Positions 7,974 to 17,988 of a stretch of 54,612 nt of DNA are shown piece by piece (positions within the stretch are counted from its first letter, which is position 1; the number at the start of each line of letters is the position of its first letter). The DNA lies in the IMG/VR virus record IMGVR_UViG_3300020474_000018, positions 1-54,612 of that record. One strand, written 5' to 3'. Below the pieces are notes generated by a model that worked only from the letters and a program-made list of their open reading frames with translations, was not told where the DNA came from and made no database searches. This DNA comes from a virus. Taxonomy: Duplodnaviria; Caudoviricetes. A program made the position numbers and the translations under genes.

Positions 7974-10900
7974 ATGGCAGCTAGAAAATTTAAGTTTGTC
8001 TCACCTGGTGTATTTTTAAAAGAAATTGATAATTCACAACTACCAAAACTTCCGGGAAACATAGGTCCGGTTATCATAGGTAGAGCCCGCAGAGGCCCAG
8101 CCATGAACCCTGTAAAGGTTAACTCGTATGCTGAATTTGTGGAGGCATTTGGGGAACCAATCCCTGGTAACCAAGGTGATGATCCTTGGAGAGAAGGTAA
8201 CGGGCTACTTGCGCCTGCTTATGCAGGGTATGCCGCAAAAGCTTACCTAGCTTCAGACATACAATCACCTGTAACAATGGTAAGGCTTTTGGGTGTCGAG
8301 GGCGATAACGCTACCGACCAAGGCGCCGCGGGCTGGAAAGCTTCTAGTGCATATGCACTTGTAACTTACCCTTCAGGGTCAATTAGTGGTTCCGCTCACA
8401 ATGTGTCTGCGATATTTTATACAATCGGAGACACAAAAATTCAAGCACTCGGTACTATACCCAATAGAGTCACTACCTACACGGCCGACAGTCCGGCTCC
8501 AAGTGGATCAGTTGTAAAGACAGATGAAACAGGGGCATTCGAAATTCTTGTAGATAATGCATCAACCAAAAAAGTTTTTAAGGTTGACTTTGTAAAAGGC
8601 AGTAAAAATTATATAAGAAGTGTCTTAAATACAAACCCAGTCATGACTAATCATACTATTTCTAGTGTTGTGTCTGGCACCATGGCGGCAGACTTTTGGC
8701 TGGGTGAAACGTTTGACGATGTCATACCTTCAACTGCAGTAAAGTATGGATACATATTGAAGCTTCAAAATGAAGCTTTGTATAATTTGGCAGATTTAGA
8801 ACTCCCAGCAACGGCTGCGCGCTCAGGCTGGGTCTTTTGCCAGGATGAAGGAAGAAAAGAAGATTTTGATCCGCTTTCTCAAGATAGATTGTTTAGGTTT
8901 ATATCTCTGTCAGAAGGCGAGGAATCTAGCAAGGATATTATTGTTGCAATTGAGGACCTAAGAATTCCTCAAGAAGGCGATACAGATCCTTATGGTTCTT
9001 TCACTGTTTTAGTAAAGAGAATATACGGCACAAGAGTTGAGGTTGTAGAATCTTTTGTGGACTGTAATTTAAATCCAAACTCAGATAGATATATAGGTCG
9101 TCAAATAGGTGATCAATATTTCCAATGGTCTTCTACTGAAAAGAGAAATAAGGTTTATGGAAACTACATAAATAATTCTAAATATGTACGAGTTGATATA
9201 GAGACAAATGTAGATCAAGGAAACTTGTCACCATCTAAGGTTCCATTTGGATTTTATGGACCAATCGTTCCGGCAGATATTAAACTTTCGATAACTGGTG
9301 GCACCTTGACTGCAGCTTCCAATGTTGGCAGCGCGGATGCTTTTATTGACCAGCTTCAGCCTTTAAGTTCTAGTAATGACGGTGGAATTGATAATGGATC
9401 AGGCACTTGGACCATATCATGGCCAAAGTTACCCCTCACAGTCAGTGGGTCTGTAAGAGGCGATGATTATTTTGGAGATGCTGTCTATAAGCTTTCGTCA
9501 AATGAATTAACTAGCGAAGTAAATGATGGTAGAATAGATTACATTAGAAGGTTGCCAACGGGATTAGCAGCTCAGCAAATTTCAGGTCTGGCCACCGGCA
9601 ACAAGGGGCAGTATACTTATACTTTTAGTTTAGATGACATTGTACTATCAGGAACCCTCGGCCCAGATGCTGCTACAACAAATGTCAAGGAGGCCGTTTA
9701 TGTAAGTGGCTCTAGAGCCATTCAACAAGCGACAGCGACGGTTAAATTTGTAACTTCTAACGCAGTACAATTAGATGGTGATAATATCTCTATTACTCTT
9801 CAAGCAGTTGACGGTACTTCAAGGACCTATAGATTTAATAATGGTGGCGGCCAAGCCAATGGCGCACTGATACCTGATACTACTGATGTTATTCGAGTGA
9901 ATGTCGGAGGCGAAAATACGCAAGGTGGTTTTGCTACTAAACTAAAAGAAGCAATAGAGGCCACTGCTGGACATAACGGGAAACTAGAAGCGACTTTAAG
10001 TACGGTTACAAATGCTAATGATACTGTAACTATTAAACAAAAAACGTTCGGGGCTAGTGGCAACACAACAATCCCTGCAATTCCTAATGGTGCAACAGGT
10101 AAATTTACCGTCAATGGTGATGTAACTCAAACCACTTTTACTGGTGGTGTCGGTTCTACGACTGGACTCGCATCTTATACTGCACTCAGCTCAAGTACTG
10201 CACTCTTGGAGCTTGGGTTTGATAAATTTCAGATGCCTCTAGTCGGTGGATCCGATGGTGTTAACATCAGAGAAGCAGACCCTTTTGCAAATAGAGTTCT
10301 TTTAAACGGGACGACCGCAAACAACTATGCTTTCGCTTCCGTCGATCGAGCACTTGAACTTATAAAAGACCCAGAGGTTATAGAGCATAATTTAGCTTGC
10401 ATGCCTGGCATTACAAACGACGCCTTAACACTGAAGCTTGTTGAGAAATGCGAATCTAGAGCAGACTCTTTAGCAGTTATAGATCTTAAGGATGTCTACC
10501 TTCCTGCCCATGAAAAGAAGTGTGACAGCTTTGCAGATAGAATTGCCACAACACCACAGGCCGCAGCAAAAGCATTGAAGGCGCGCCAACTAAACTCTTC
10601 TTATGGTGCAACATATTACCCTTGGGTAAAGGTTAGAGATAACGAAAACTCAAGAGATGTCTGGGTACCGCCATCAGTGGTAGCGCTTGGAGTCATGGCT
10701 TACACAGAGCAAAGAGATGAAGTTTGGTTTGCCCCTGCAGGCTTTAACAGAGGTGGCTTAAACGAAGGAAATGCTGGAATCCCTGTACTACAGGTTTCAG
10801 AACAGCTTTTATCAAAGCAGCGTGATACTCTTTATGAAGCAAGCATAAATCCAATAGCATCTTTCGTGACAGAGGGCTTAGTTATCTTCGGTCAAAAGAC

Positions 10901-11243
10901 CCTTCAGACCACACCTTCTGCACTTGATAGAATTAACGTTCGAAGGTTGCTTATATTTGTAAAGAAGGAAATTTCGAGAATAGCTTCAAGCTTGTTATTT
11001 GACCAAAACGTACCAGCAACATGGAACCGATTTTTAGGACAGGTTAACCCCTTCCTACAGAGTGTTCAAACTAGACTTGGATTGTCAGACTACAAGGTTA
11101 TCTTGGACAACACAACGACAACTCCAGACCTAGTAGACAGGAATGTTCTTTATGCTAAGATCTTTTTGAAGCCGGCTCGTTCGATTGAGTTTATTGCAGT
11201 TGATTTTGTTATAACAAATACAGGTGCTTCTTTTGACGATTAA
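7974..11243 (+). CDS. Contractile tail sheath protein (T4 gp18-like)
   Basis: FVSPGVFLKEID N-terminus; YYPWV, VPPS, WFAPAGFNRG, INPI, GQKTLQ, LDRINVRRL and IEFIAVDF sheath motifs. Confidence 0.95.
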   Translation: MAARKFKFVSPGVFLKEIDNSQLPKLPGNIGPVIIGRARRGPAMNPVKVNSYAEFVEAFGEPIPGNQGDDPWREGNGLLAPAYAGYAAKAYLASDIQSPVTMVRLLGVEGDNATDQGAAGWKASSAYALVTYPSGSISGSAHNVSAIFYTIGDTKIQALGTIPNRVTTYTADSPAPSGSVVKTDETGAFEILVDNASTKKVFKVDFVKGSKNYIRSVLNTNPVMTNHTISSVVSGTMAADFWLGETFDDVIPSTAVKYGYILKLQNEALYNLADLELPATAARSGWVFCQDEGRKEDFDPLSQDRLFRFISLSEGEESSKDIIVAIEDLRIPQEGDTDPYGSFTVLVKRIYGTRVEVVESFVDCNLNPNSDRYIGRQIGDQYFQWSSTEKRNKVYGNYINNSKYVRVDIETNVDQGNLSPSKVPFGFYGPIVPADIKLSITGGTLTAASNVGSADAFIDQLQPLSSSNDGGIDNGSGTWTISWPKLPLTVSGSVRGDDYFGDAVYKLSSNELTSEVNDGRIDYIRRLPTGLAAQQISGLATGNKGQYTYTFSLDDIVLSGTLGPDAATTNVKEAVYVSGSRAIQQATATVKFVTSNAVQLDGDNISITLQAVDGTSRTYRFNNGGGQANGALIPDTTDVIRVNVGGENTQGGFATKLKEAIEATAGHNGKLEATLSTVTNANDTVTIKQKTFGASGNTTIPAIPNGATGKFTVNGDVTQTTFTGGVGSTTGLASYTALSSSTALLELGFDKFQMPLVGGSDGVNIREADPFANRVLLNGTTANNYAFASVDRALELIKDPEVIEHNLACMPGITNDALTLKLVEKCESRADSLAVIDLKDVYLPAHEKKCDSFADRIATTPQAAAKALKARQLNSSYGATYYPWVKVRDNENSRDVWVPPSVVALGVMAYTEQRDEVWFAPAGFNRGGLNEGNAGIPVLQVSEQLLSKQRDTLYEASINPIASFVTEGLVIFGQKTLQTTPSALDRINVRRLLIFVKKEISRIASSLLFDQNVPATWNRFLGQVNPFLQSVQTRLGLSDYKVILDNTTTTPDLVDRNVLYAKIFLKPARSIEFIAVDFVITNTGASFDD

Positions 11244-11292
11244 GTTGAAAAAAGTATTTGAAATGATATATACTTATAGGAGATATTAAATA

Positions 11293-11874
11293 ATGAGTTT
11301 TTGGAATCAGTCGAGCATCGAGCCTAAAAGGCAATTTCGTTGGCTGCTTTATATAGCGGGTATGCCACAGTTTATAGTTAAGGATGTAAAGAAGCCTAGT
11401 TTTACGGTTTCTTCTACACCGCATGACTTTATAAATTACAAGTTTCACTATCCGGGAAGAGTAGAGTGGCAAGATATAACAGTCACAATTGTCGACCCTG
11501 TTCAGCCTGACTCAACTGCAAGCTTGGTGAAGATCCTCGAATCTGCAGGATATGTACTGCCAAACGAATATACTTCACAAGCTAATGAACCAAGAACTAT
11601 ATCTAAGAAAGCTTTTGTTGATTCCATGGGAGGTCAAATACAGCTAGTACAATTTGGCGCCAATACGGGAGCACAAGAGGAAAACGTTTTGGAGAAGTGG
11701 TCAATAAACAATCCGTTTATAACAAATGTAGACTTTGGTAGCTTGAGCTATGCTAGTGATGAGCTGGTCAACATCTCCATGACAATTAAATACGACTGGG
11801 CAAACCTAGAATTACCAGAGATTACACCAGGTAAGACTTGGACGCTAAACCCAGTCACTCAAACGATAGAATAA
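11293..11874 (+). CDS. Tail tube protein (T4 gp19-like)
   Basis: EPKRQFRW, YPGRVEWQDITVTIVDP and FGSLSY...ISMTIKYDWA; directly after the sheath gene. Confidence 0.88.
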   Translation: MSFWNQSSIEPKRQFRWLLYIAGMPQFIVKDVKKPSFTVSSTPHDFINYKFHYPGRVEWQDITVTIVDPVQPDSTASLVKILESAGYVLPNEYTSQANEPRTISKKAFVDSMGGQIQLVQFGANTGAQEENVLEKWSINNPFITNVDFGSLSYASDELVNISMTIKYDWANLELPEITPGKTWTLNPVTQTIE

Positions 11875-11888
11875 GAAAAGAGGTATGA

Positions 11889-12752
11889 ATGTCTAGAAAT
11901 TCTAGAAGACGGACTACAGTTCCGCAGGCCCCAGAACCCCGGGCTACCTCTCCATCTTCTGTAAGTAGGACAGCTGAAAATCCTTTTGGAATTAGTTTTG
12001 TTGTGCCAACAGAAGTTGTAGAGCTACCTTCACAAGGCAAATATTACAGCGAAAACTCTTCAATGTTTGGTAAATCTACTCTTGAAATCAAGCAAATGAC
12101 TGCTAAAGAAGAAGAGATATTATCTAATATTAGTTTTGTTGAAGACGGGTCAATGATAGACAGGCTTTTATCAAGTATATTGATTGATAAAACAGTCACT
12201 CCAGAAGATATAATGGCGGCAGACAAGAATGCACTGGTGTTTGCTGCACGCAAGTCTTCCTATGGACCCGAATATAAGGTCAAACAGTTTTGTTATAATT
12301 GTAACTCTGAACAAGAATTTATATTCGATCTAACAAAGTGCAAAATCAAAACAGAAATTGATGAAGACATATTAAATGAAGAAACAACTGGTTTCTTTAC
12401 GTTCGATCTGCCTCAATCAAAATTAAAAGTAACTATAAAGGTTTTGCTACCAGAAGACGAAGAGTATTTACAAGAGCAAGCAGATAGAGCTAGAAAGTTA
12501 AATATTGAACAGTCTTCAACTTTAAACTTTTTAAGAAGAATCGTGGTCGATGTAGATAATGTTACAGATCCAAAGCTTTTGAATCAGTTGTTTGAAGTTT
12601 TACCGGTTTTAGATATTAGAAAAATCAAATCAGTGTCAAATCAGATTAGTCCGTCTCTAGAAACAAATCAAGAGATTACGTGTGGTAACTGCGGTCATGT
12701 TACCGAAAGCGAGGTGCCCTTCTCGTTGGGCTTCTTTTGGCCTGAACTCTGA
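11889..12752 (+). CDS. Baseplate hub/tail assembly chaperone (T4 gp26-like)
   Basis: VELPSQGKYY, MTAKEEEIL, two CxxC pairs and FFWP end; between tube and tape measure genes. Confidence 0.7.
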   Translation: MSRNSRRRTTVPQAPEPRATSPSSVSRTAENPFGISFVVPTEVVELPSQGKYYSENSSMFGKSTLEIKQMTAKEEEILSNISFVEDGSMIDRLLSSILIDKTVTPEDIMAADKNALVFAARKSSYGPEYKVKQFCYNCNSEQEFIFDLTKCKIKTEIDEDILNEETTGFFTFDLPQSKLKVTIKVLLPEDEEYLQEQADRARKLNIEQSSTLNFLRRIVVDVDNVTDPKLLNQLFEVLPVLDIRKIKSVSNQISPSLETNQEITCGNCGHVTESEVPFSLGFFWPEL

Positions 12753-12906
12753 ATTCGTAGAAAGAGTTACTTACGAAGAAATAATGTTCCTACAACACCG
12801 CGGTAAGTTTTCTTTTACAGAGGCTTACAATCTTCCTATTGCCCTTCGGAAATGGTTCGTGCAAAGAAACATCGAAAGATTAAAAGACATGAATGAAGAA
12901 GAATAA
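12736..12906 (+). CDS. Short tail-chaperone extension ORF, probably reached by +1 frameshift
   Basis: +1 frame reads FGLNSEFVERVTYEEIMFLQHRGKFSFTEAYNLPIALRKWFVQR; overlaps the upstream stop and has no clear RBS. Confidence 0.55.
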   Translation, partial: FGLNSEFVERVTYEEIMFLQHRGKFSFTEAYNLPIALRKWFVQRNIERLKDMNEEE

Positions 12907-12958
12907 AGTACACCAGCAACATATTTATTGTGTATAATTAAAATAAACTTGTATAGGA

Positions 12959-14626
12959 GTGCCTTTAATCATGGGTCCTAAAGACGCAAAAGACAAGCTG
13001 GAAGCAAAGATTAAAAAGCTAATCCAGACCGAACTTAATAATAAAAATCTTGCTGAGGACTTCAAACTTGGCGGCGGCTTTTTCGATTTTCTTCAAGAAG
13101 GTGCAAAAGTATATGATACAAATGCCGAAGCTATAAGGTCTACGGGCCTTCTTTTGGATTCCATGGCAGGCCCCGAAGGCCTAGCTAAAAAATTTGCAAG
13201 ATTTGCCGAAACTGGAGTTCAAATTTTTGGTGGAATTGAAAATACAACGAAAGCAGTAAAAGATTTAACTAAAAATCTAAGATCTTTTAGTTATGATCTT
13301 GATGGAACCATACAATCAAGTTTAGTTAAAACACTGGCAGTATTCAAAGAACTCGGAGTAGGAGTTACAGACTTTACAGGTATTATTGATTCTGCTCGCA
13401 TAGGGTTTAATATGGCGGGCGATGATGCCCTTAAACTTGCGCGCGCTGTTGGCGCGATTGGATCAGCAACTGGCGTCGGCATGGGAGAAGCAATGAAAAA
13501 CTTTAGATCTGCTCAATCAAGCATGGCATATTCTTCAGGAAAAATATTTGAAAATTTTAAAAAGTTGCAATTTACAGCTGCACAAACCGGTGTAGAGTTT
13601 GGTAAACTCACTTCTGCGTTTGGGGAGTCCATGGACACTTTTGAAGGTTCAGCCTCGAAAGCAGGAACATTAAATGCAATATTAGGCCGTTCTGTTTTTA
13701 ATTCAATTGACCTGTTAGGCCAAACAGAAGCACAAAGAGTGGAAACAATAGTTCAAGGCATTAGAAAGTCTACAAATGTCCAAGCTCTATCTAGAAATAA
13801 ATTTCAGTTAAAAGCTGTTGCATCTGGACTAGGCCTTACAGTTGATGAAACCCGAAAACTACTTTCAGGGCAAATGACAGTTGACCAAGCCCTGGCTCGA
13901 AAAGAATCAAAAGACCCTAGAGAAGCAGCTATGGCTAAAATGGCAGACTTATTGAATAAACATGTAAACCCAGGATTTGAATTTTTCGTTAAGCAGTTAG
14001 ACAAGATGAGAACCGCTACCGCCCGCGCTGGCGTCGCCGCGAATTTCGAACAAAGAAGAGTTTTAAGACAGATGCTAGAAGGAACTGGAATTGAAACTCC
14101 AGCGGATTTATTTATCGATGCGGAAAGGGCCCTTGAAAACCTCGCAGCTCAGGGATTCAGTGGTAAAATTACGGAACTTAAAACTAGAATGGCAGCCGTC
14201 ATCGGCTCTTTTGCTGAAATGAAAAACCCTTTCACATCCACCGAAGAAACAATAGACGGTAAGAAAGTCGTGACGTCAGCAGCAGAAAACCGCGCAGCTG
14301 CTTTGGAAAAACTAAAGGATAGCTTTAAAGCCTTCGGAGGTTTGCTGAAAGAGTATCGAGATCTCGACTATATGAAGCCTGTCGCACCAGATTCCGGTAC
14401 TAAAGACGAGCAACGCAGTCGCAACAGAATAGACACCGAAGGCTTGTTAAAAGATTTAGAGAAAAACGTGAAAGACTTTGTAGATAATAATGTAGTTAGC
14501 AACACCCTCGCAGGCAGCACATTTATTTTGGCACTAGACAATAATTCTAGCGAGCGCTTTAAAGGAACTATTCAAGCATTCGCCGCGACAACTGAAGTCG
14601 GCTCCGATGGGAAGGTTATTCAATGA
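12959..14626 (+). CDS. Probable tape measure protein (start may be ATG 12971)
   Basis: 555 aa, helical and Ala/Gly/Lys-rich; canonical position after tube and chaperone. Confidence 0.6.
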   Translation: MPLIMGPKDAKDKLEAKIKKLIQTELNNKNLAEDFKLGGGFFDFLQEGAKVYDTNAEAIRSTGLLLDSMAGPEGLAKKFARFAETGVQIFGGIENTTKAVKDLTKNLRSFSYDLDGTIQSSLVKTLAVFKELGVGVTDFTGIIDSARIGFNMAGDDALKLARAVGAIGSATGVGMGEAMKNFRSAQSSMAYSSGKIFENFKKLQFTAAQTGVEFGKLTSAFGESMDTFEGSASKAGTLNAILGRSVFNSIDLLGQTEAQRVETIVQGIRKSTNVQALSRNKFQLKAVASGLGLTVDETRKLLSGQMTVDQALARKESKDPREAAMAKMADLLNKHVNPGFEFFVKQLDKMRTATARAGVAANFEQRRVLRQMLEGTGIETPADLFIDAERALENLAAQGFSGKITELKTRMAAVIGSFAEMKNPFTSTEETIDGKKVVTSAAENRAAALEKLKDSFKAFGGLLKEYRDLDYMKPVAPDSGTKDEQRSRNRIDTEGLLKDLEKNVKDFVDNNVVSNTLAGSTFILALDNNSSERFKGTIQAFAATTEVGSDGKVIQ

Positions 14627-15300
14627 TATCATTTCACAACATAGCAAAAGGAAGTAATCACTTAATAAAATTTCTACATGTGGCAACAGGAACAAGAGTT
14701 GAATTTCCAGCTTTCATAACGGAGTTCTCAGACACTTTCAATGTTTCTTGGGGTAGTGAAATGATCTTCGGACGTATGGACCCTATCAAACCATACCAGG
14801 GAACAACCAGAAGCATCAGTCTTGCTTTCGATGTTCTTTCAAATGATATTGAAATGGCGAAAGACAACATGAATAAATATTCAAGATTGATCCAAATGTT
14901 ATATCCTGTTTACAACGAACCATTAACTGGAGGAATAAAAGGAAAAGGCAGAACAATAAAAGCACCTCCAATATTAAGAATACAGTTCGTAAACTTAGTA
15001 AAAAACAACTCCGAAGAATCAGTAGAAGAGGGTCTGCTTGGTTGTATCAATGGGTTTACATTTAATCCAAACCGCGAAAGTGGATTTTTTACACAGACAG
15101 ATGAAATACTGCCAAAGGTTTTTAATATTAGTATAAAGTTTGATCCACAACATGAAGCAACATTAGGATTCCAGGAAAGAAAATTCTTAAACCAAGGGTT
15201 TCCATATGGTCGCCCAAAGCAGACGCCATCTTCAGATGGTAGTGGCCAAGGTACATCAGAGGTATCATCAAGAACGGAGGCTGACCTTACTAACAATTAG
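14623..15300 (+). CDS. Baseplate/tail-tube initiator-like protein
   Basis: FPAFITEFSDTF, GRMDPI..YQGTTRSISLAF and PPILRI motifs of tube-like baseplate proteins. Confidence 0.6.
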   Translation: MISFHNIAKGSNHLIKFLHVATGTRVEFPAFITEFSDTFNVSWGSEMIFGRMDPIKPYQGTTRSISLAFDVLSNDIEMAKDNMNKYSRLIQMLYPVYNEPLTGGIKGKGRTIKAPPILRIQFVNLVKNNSEESVEEGLLGCINGFTFNPNRESGFFTQTDEILPKVFNISIKFDPQHEATLGFQERKFLNQGFPYGRPKQTPSSDGSGQGTSEVSSRTEADLTNN

Positions 15301-15311
15301 GTAATAAAATT

Positions 15312-15656
15312 ATGAGAGATAGAAATGAAAAAAGAGAAATATTCTTAAATGACCACCCCTACTATAAAAGTAAGGCAAAGAAGAGGGGCATACCGTTCTT
15401 CCGACATTACTCAAAGCTAAAATTATCCTATATATCTCCGGAAGACATGAAAAATTTGACCATAGTGGACCATATTTATAAAACTGGTGATTCTTTAGCA
15501 AAGTTAGCTTTTAAGTATTATGGAGACATCCGGATGTGGTGGGTTTTAGCTGCATTTAATAAAAAACCTATTGACAATTTGATAAATGTAGGAGATATTA
15601 TACATATTCCTGTTCCACTAGAAGAGGCAGTGTATTTGCTAAACAGAGATGAGTAA
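15312..15656 (+). CDS. LysM-domain baseplate wedge protein (gp53/tail-X-like)
   Basis: HIYKTGDSLAKLAFKYYGD..WWVLAAFN...GDIIHIP LysM pattern. Confidence 0.85.
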   Translation: MRDRNEKREIFLNDHPYYKSKAKKRGIPFFRHYSKLKLSYISPEDMKNLTIVDHIYKTGDSLAKLAFKYYGDIRMWWVLAAFNKKPIDNLINVGDIIHIPVPLEEAVYLLNRDE

Positions 15657-17988
15657 CGAAAACAGAGAAATAAAATTCAATGAACAAGGTTTTTTAATAT
15701 GGGACCGGTTTGTGCGAAAAAGAGGCAAAAAAGTCGAGGCAAAGGGTAGTAATTTCTCGAAAGGTAAGGCTGCGTCTTGCAAAACCACGTTGCATAAAAT
15801 AGTTGGCAATTATGAGCCAAAAAATTTTGTATCAAAAACCATAAATAAAAACAGTAAGTTAACAAGATATAAGAGTATTCTAGACCTAGAAACACAAAAG
15901 TTAACCTCACTAGTACCAGAAATTAAACTCTATAAAATTAAAGGGAAAGCATATATACCGTTTCACTTTCCTGTTGCAGCGCAAAACACTAACATCTCAA
16001 GTTTATTACAGCCAGGCGCATCCCTTGGTGGTGTGGGTATTTCATCTTTTGATATTTCTTTTGAGGGAAAAGATTTTTTCACTGCAGATAAAAATATAAT
16101 TTGTAATTTATCAATTTATACAGACTCTTTAGAGACAATCTTCCAAGAACCGCCTGCAGGACATGCTCCTTTAAATCAATTGTTCACAATTTCGAGAGAA
16201 AGGAGAACACCACTTAGGTCCAATCTAACTAAAGAAGTTTCTAGGGAACAAATAAATAAGCCATCGTCACATGAAATAGGAGTATCCATAGGATATTCAG
16301 TACCACCACAAGATGGTATTTTTACATCCGATGAGAGAACTGCAATAGATAGTACTAACTTAAATTTAAGATTGACCTACACAGGACACAACATCAGCGT
16401 ATCTCAGGATGGTACATCCAGGATAGATATAAAATATATTGGAAGATTATCTGGATTTTTGAGTGATTCGATTTACAACATAATTGCGTCACCATCAGAA
16501 ATCATAAACCTTAGTGATATACAAAAAGATATAGATTTTATATCTAGTTCCTCACGTCCAGACAGTGCAGCAAATCGCGATAGGATGAGAGAAATAGAAG
16601 AAAAAATGAAGTTAGAGATCCGCCAAAGAATGAGTAGATATTTGGGAATCTTAAAACAAGACAACAAAATATTTCAAATGGTGTTAAAACAAAACGACAA
16701 GCTTGATTATATAAATTTTGTAAAAAAACGCACCCAAGAAAAAGGAGATAAAGGCAAAAAGAAAAACCCACCACCAAAGGCAGCGCCAACAAAAAAAGAA
16801 AAACCTGTTGAAAGTTCTGCTTCAAGTTCTGTAGTTAGTGACACATTGACAAAAACTTTAACTGTGGAGCAAAATGAACAAGTAATCGAATATGTATTCA
16901 TTGGTGATTTTATTCAGGCAGTGCTTTTCGGTGTAGAGCGTCAACAAGCCGCTGCCATAAGCGAGTTGAAAAAAAGTTCCAACACCAGTGCTAAAAATGC
17001 TAAGAAAAACGATGAACTAATTAAAATTATTAACAAGGCAAGCGAAGCTCTTTCGACGTTCAAAATACTATTTGGAAAAACAACTGTTGTAACAGGCCCT
17101 GGCCAGTATACAGTTACCAACTTAGCAGATATTCCAGTATCAACAAAAGTGGTTGCCAACTTTTTCTTTGAAAACATAGAACAGGTTCACTCCACTAGAA
17201 TGACTTTGGATGATTTTCTGGATAGGGCTATCTCTAATTTGTATCCTCATGCTCTGAAGAATCACTTGTTCTCTGCAGCATCCAATTTGCCCAGCAGGAC
17301 GAACGTTAAATCCTTATCTATCTCTGGAGAAACGAACAAATCTTTAAATAAATCAAAAACAAAAGTAAATATTAAAGAGCTACCTGACTTCTTAAAAAAG
17401 AAAAGTATAAACCGAAAAAAAGAAGACGATTCTGATTATCTAGTGATATATTCTGACCTGTCTGCAAAAGATCCTGTGGGTTATTCTGGAAATAAAGATG
17501 AGGATATTAAGAATGGAGTCTTTCACTTCAGCCTGTCTAAAAACCGGGGTATGGTAAAGTCAATAGACTTCTCCCAAGAGACTGTGCAGTTTAGGAAAGA
17601 AGCTTTAATGTTAGAGTCTGTTTCTCTATTTGATGAACTGAAGCTGCCATATAATGCAAACATTACCATGTTTGGAAACGGCTTGTTCTTACCAGGATCT
17701 CTTATTTATATAAATCCTTCAAGTATTGGATTTGGAGATCCAAGAAATAAGAGATCAGCATCAGCCCGTTTGGGAATCGGAGGATATTACATTGTTATAT
17801 CTGTAAAAACATCTTTTAGCAATGGAAGTCTAACTACAACATTATCCGCTAAACATCAAGACTGGGCATCAGATTCCAGTACATTATCCACAGCAGAAGA
17901 ATTACAATCAACAGGTATTTTTGCTAAAGCAAAGAGGATTGTGGAAAGAGAGACAGGCGAAAAATCACCTATACAGAGGTTGTACTAA
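15649..17988 (+). CDS. Probable baseplate hub protein (gp27/GpD-like)
   Basis: 779 aa after the LysM gene; C-terminal YNANITMFGN..F.PGSLIYINP...GGYYIV.SV pattern. Confidence 0.5.
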   Translation: MSNENREIKFNEQGFLIWDRFVRKRGKKVEAKGSNFSKGKAASCKTTLHKIVGNYEPKNFVSKTINKNSKLTRYKSILDLETQKLTSLVPEIKLYKIKGKAYIPFHFPVAAQNTNISSLLQPGASLGGVGISSFDISFEGKDFFTADKNIICNLSIYTDSLETIFQEPPAGHAPLNQLFTISRERRTPLRSNLTKEVSREQINKPSSHEIGVSIGYSVPPQDGIFTSDERTAIDSTNLNLRLTYTGHNISVSQDGTSRIDIKYIGRLSGFLSDSIYNIIASPSEIINLSDIQKDIDFISSSSRPDSAANRDRMREIEEKMKLEIRQRMSRYLGILKQDNKIFQMVLKQNDKLDYINFVKKRTQEKGDKGKKKNPPPKAAPTKKEKPVESSASSSVVSDTLTKTLTVEQNEQVIEYVFIGDFIQAVLFGVERQQAAAISELKKSSNTSAKNAKKNDELIKIINKASEALSTFKILFGKTTVVTGPGQYTVTNLADIPVSTKVVANFFFENIEQVHSTRMTLDDFLDRAISNLYPHALKNHLFSAASNLPSRTNVKSLSISGETNKSLNKSKTKVNIKELPDFLKKKSINRKKEDDSDYLVIYSDLSAKDPVGYSGNKDEDIKNGVFHFSLSKNRGMVKSIDFSQETVQFRKEALMLESVSLFDELKLPYNANITMFGNGLFLPGSLIYINPSSIGFGDPRNKRSASARLGIGGYYIVISVKTSFSNGSLTTTLSAKHQDWASDSSTLSTAEELQSTGIFAKAKRIVERETGEKSPIQRLY

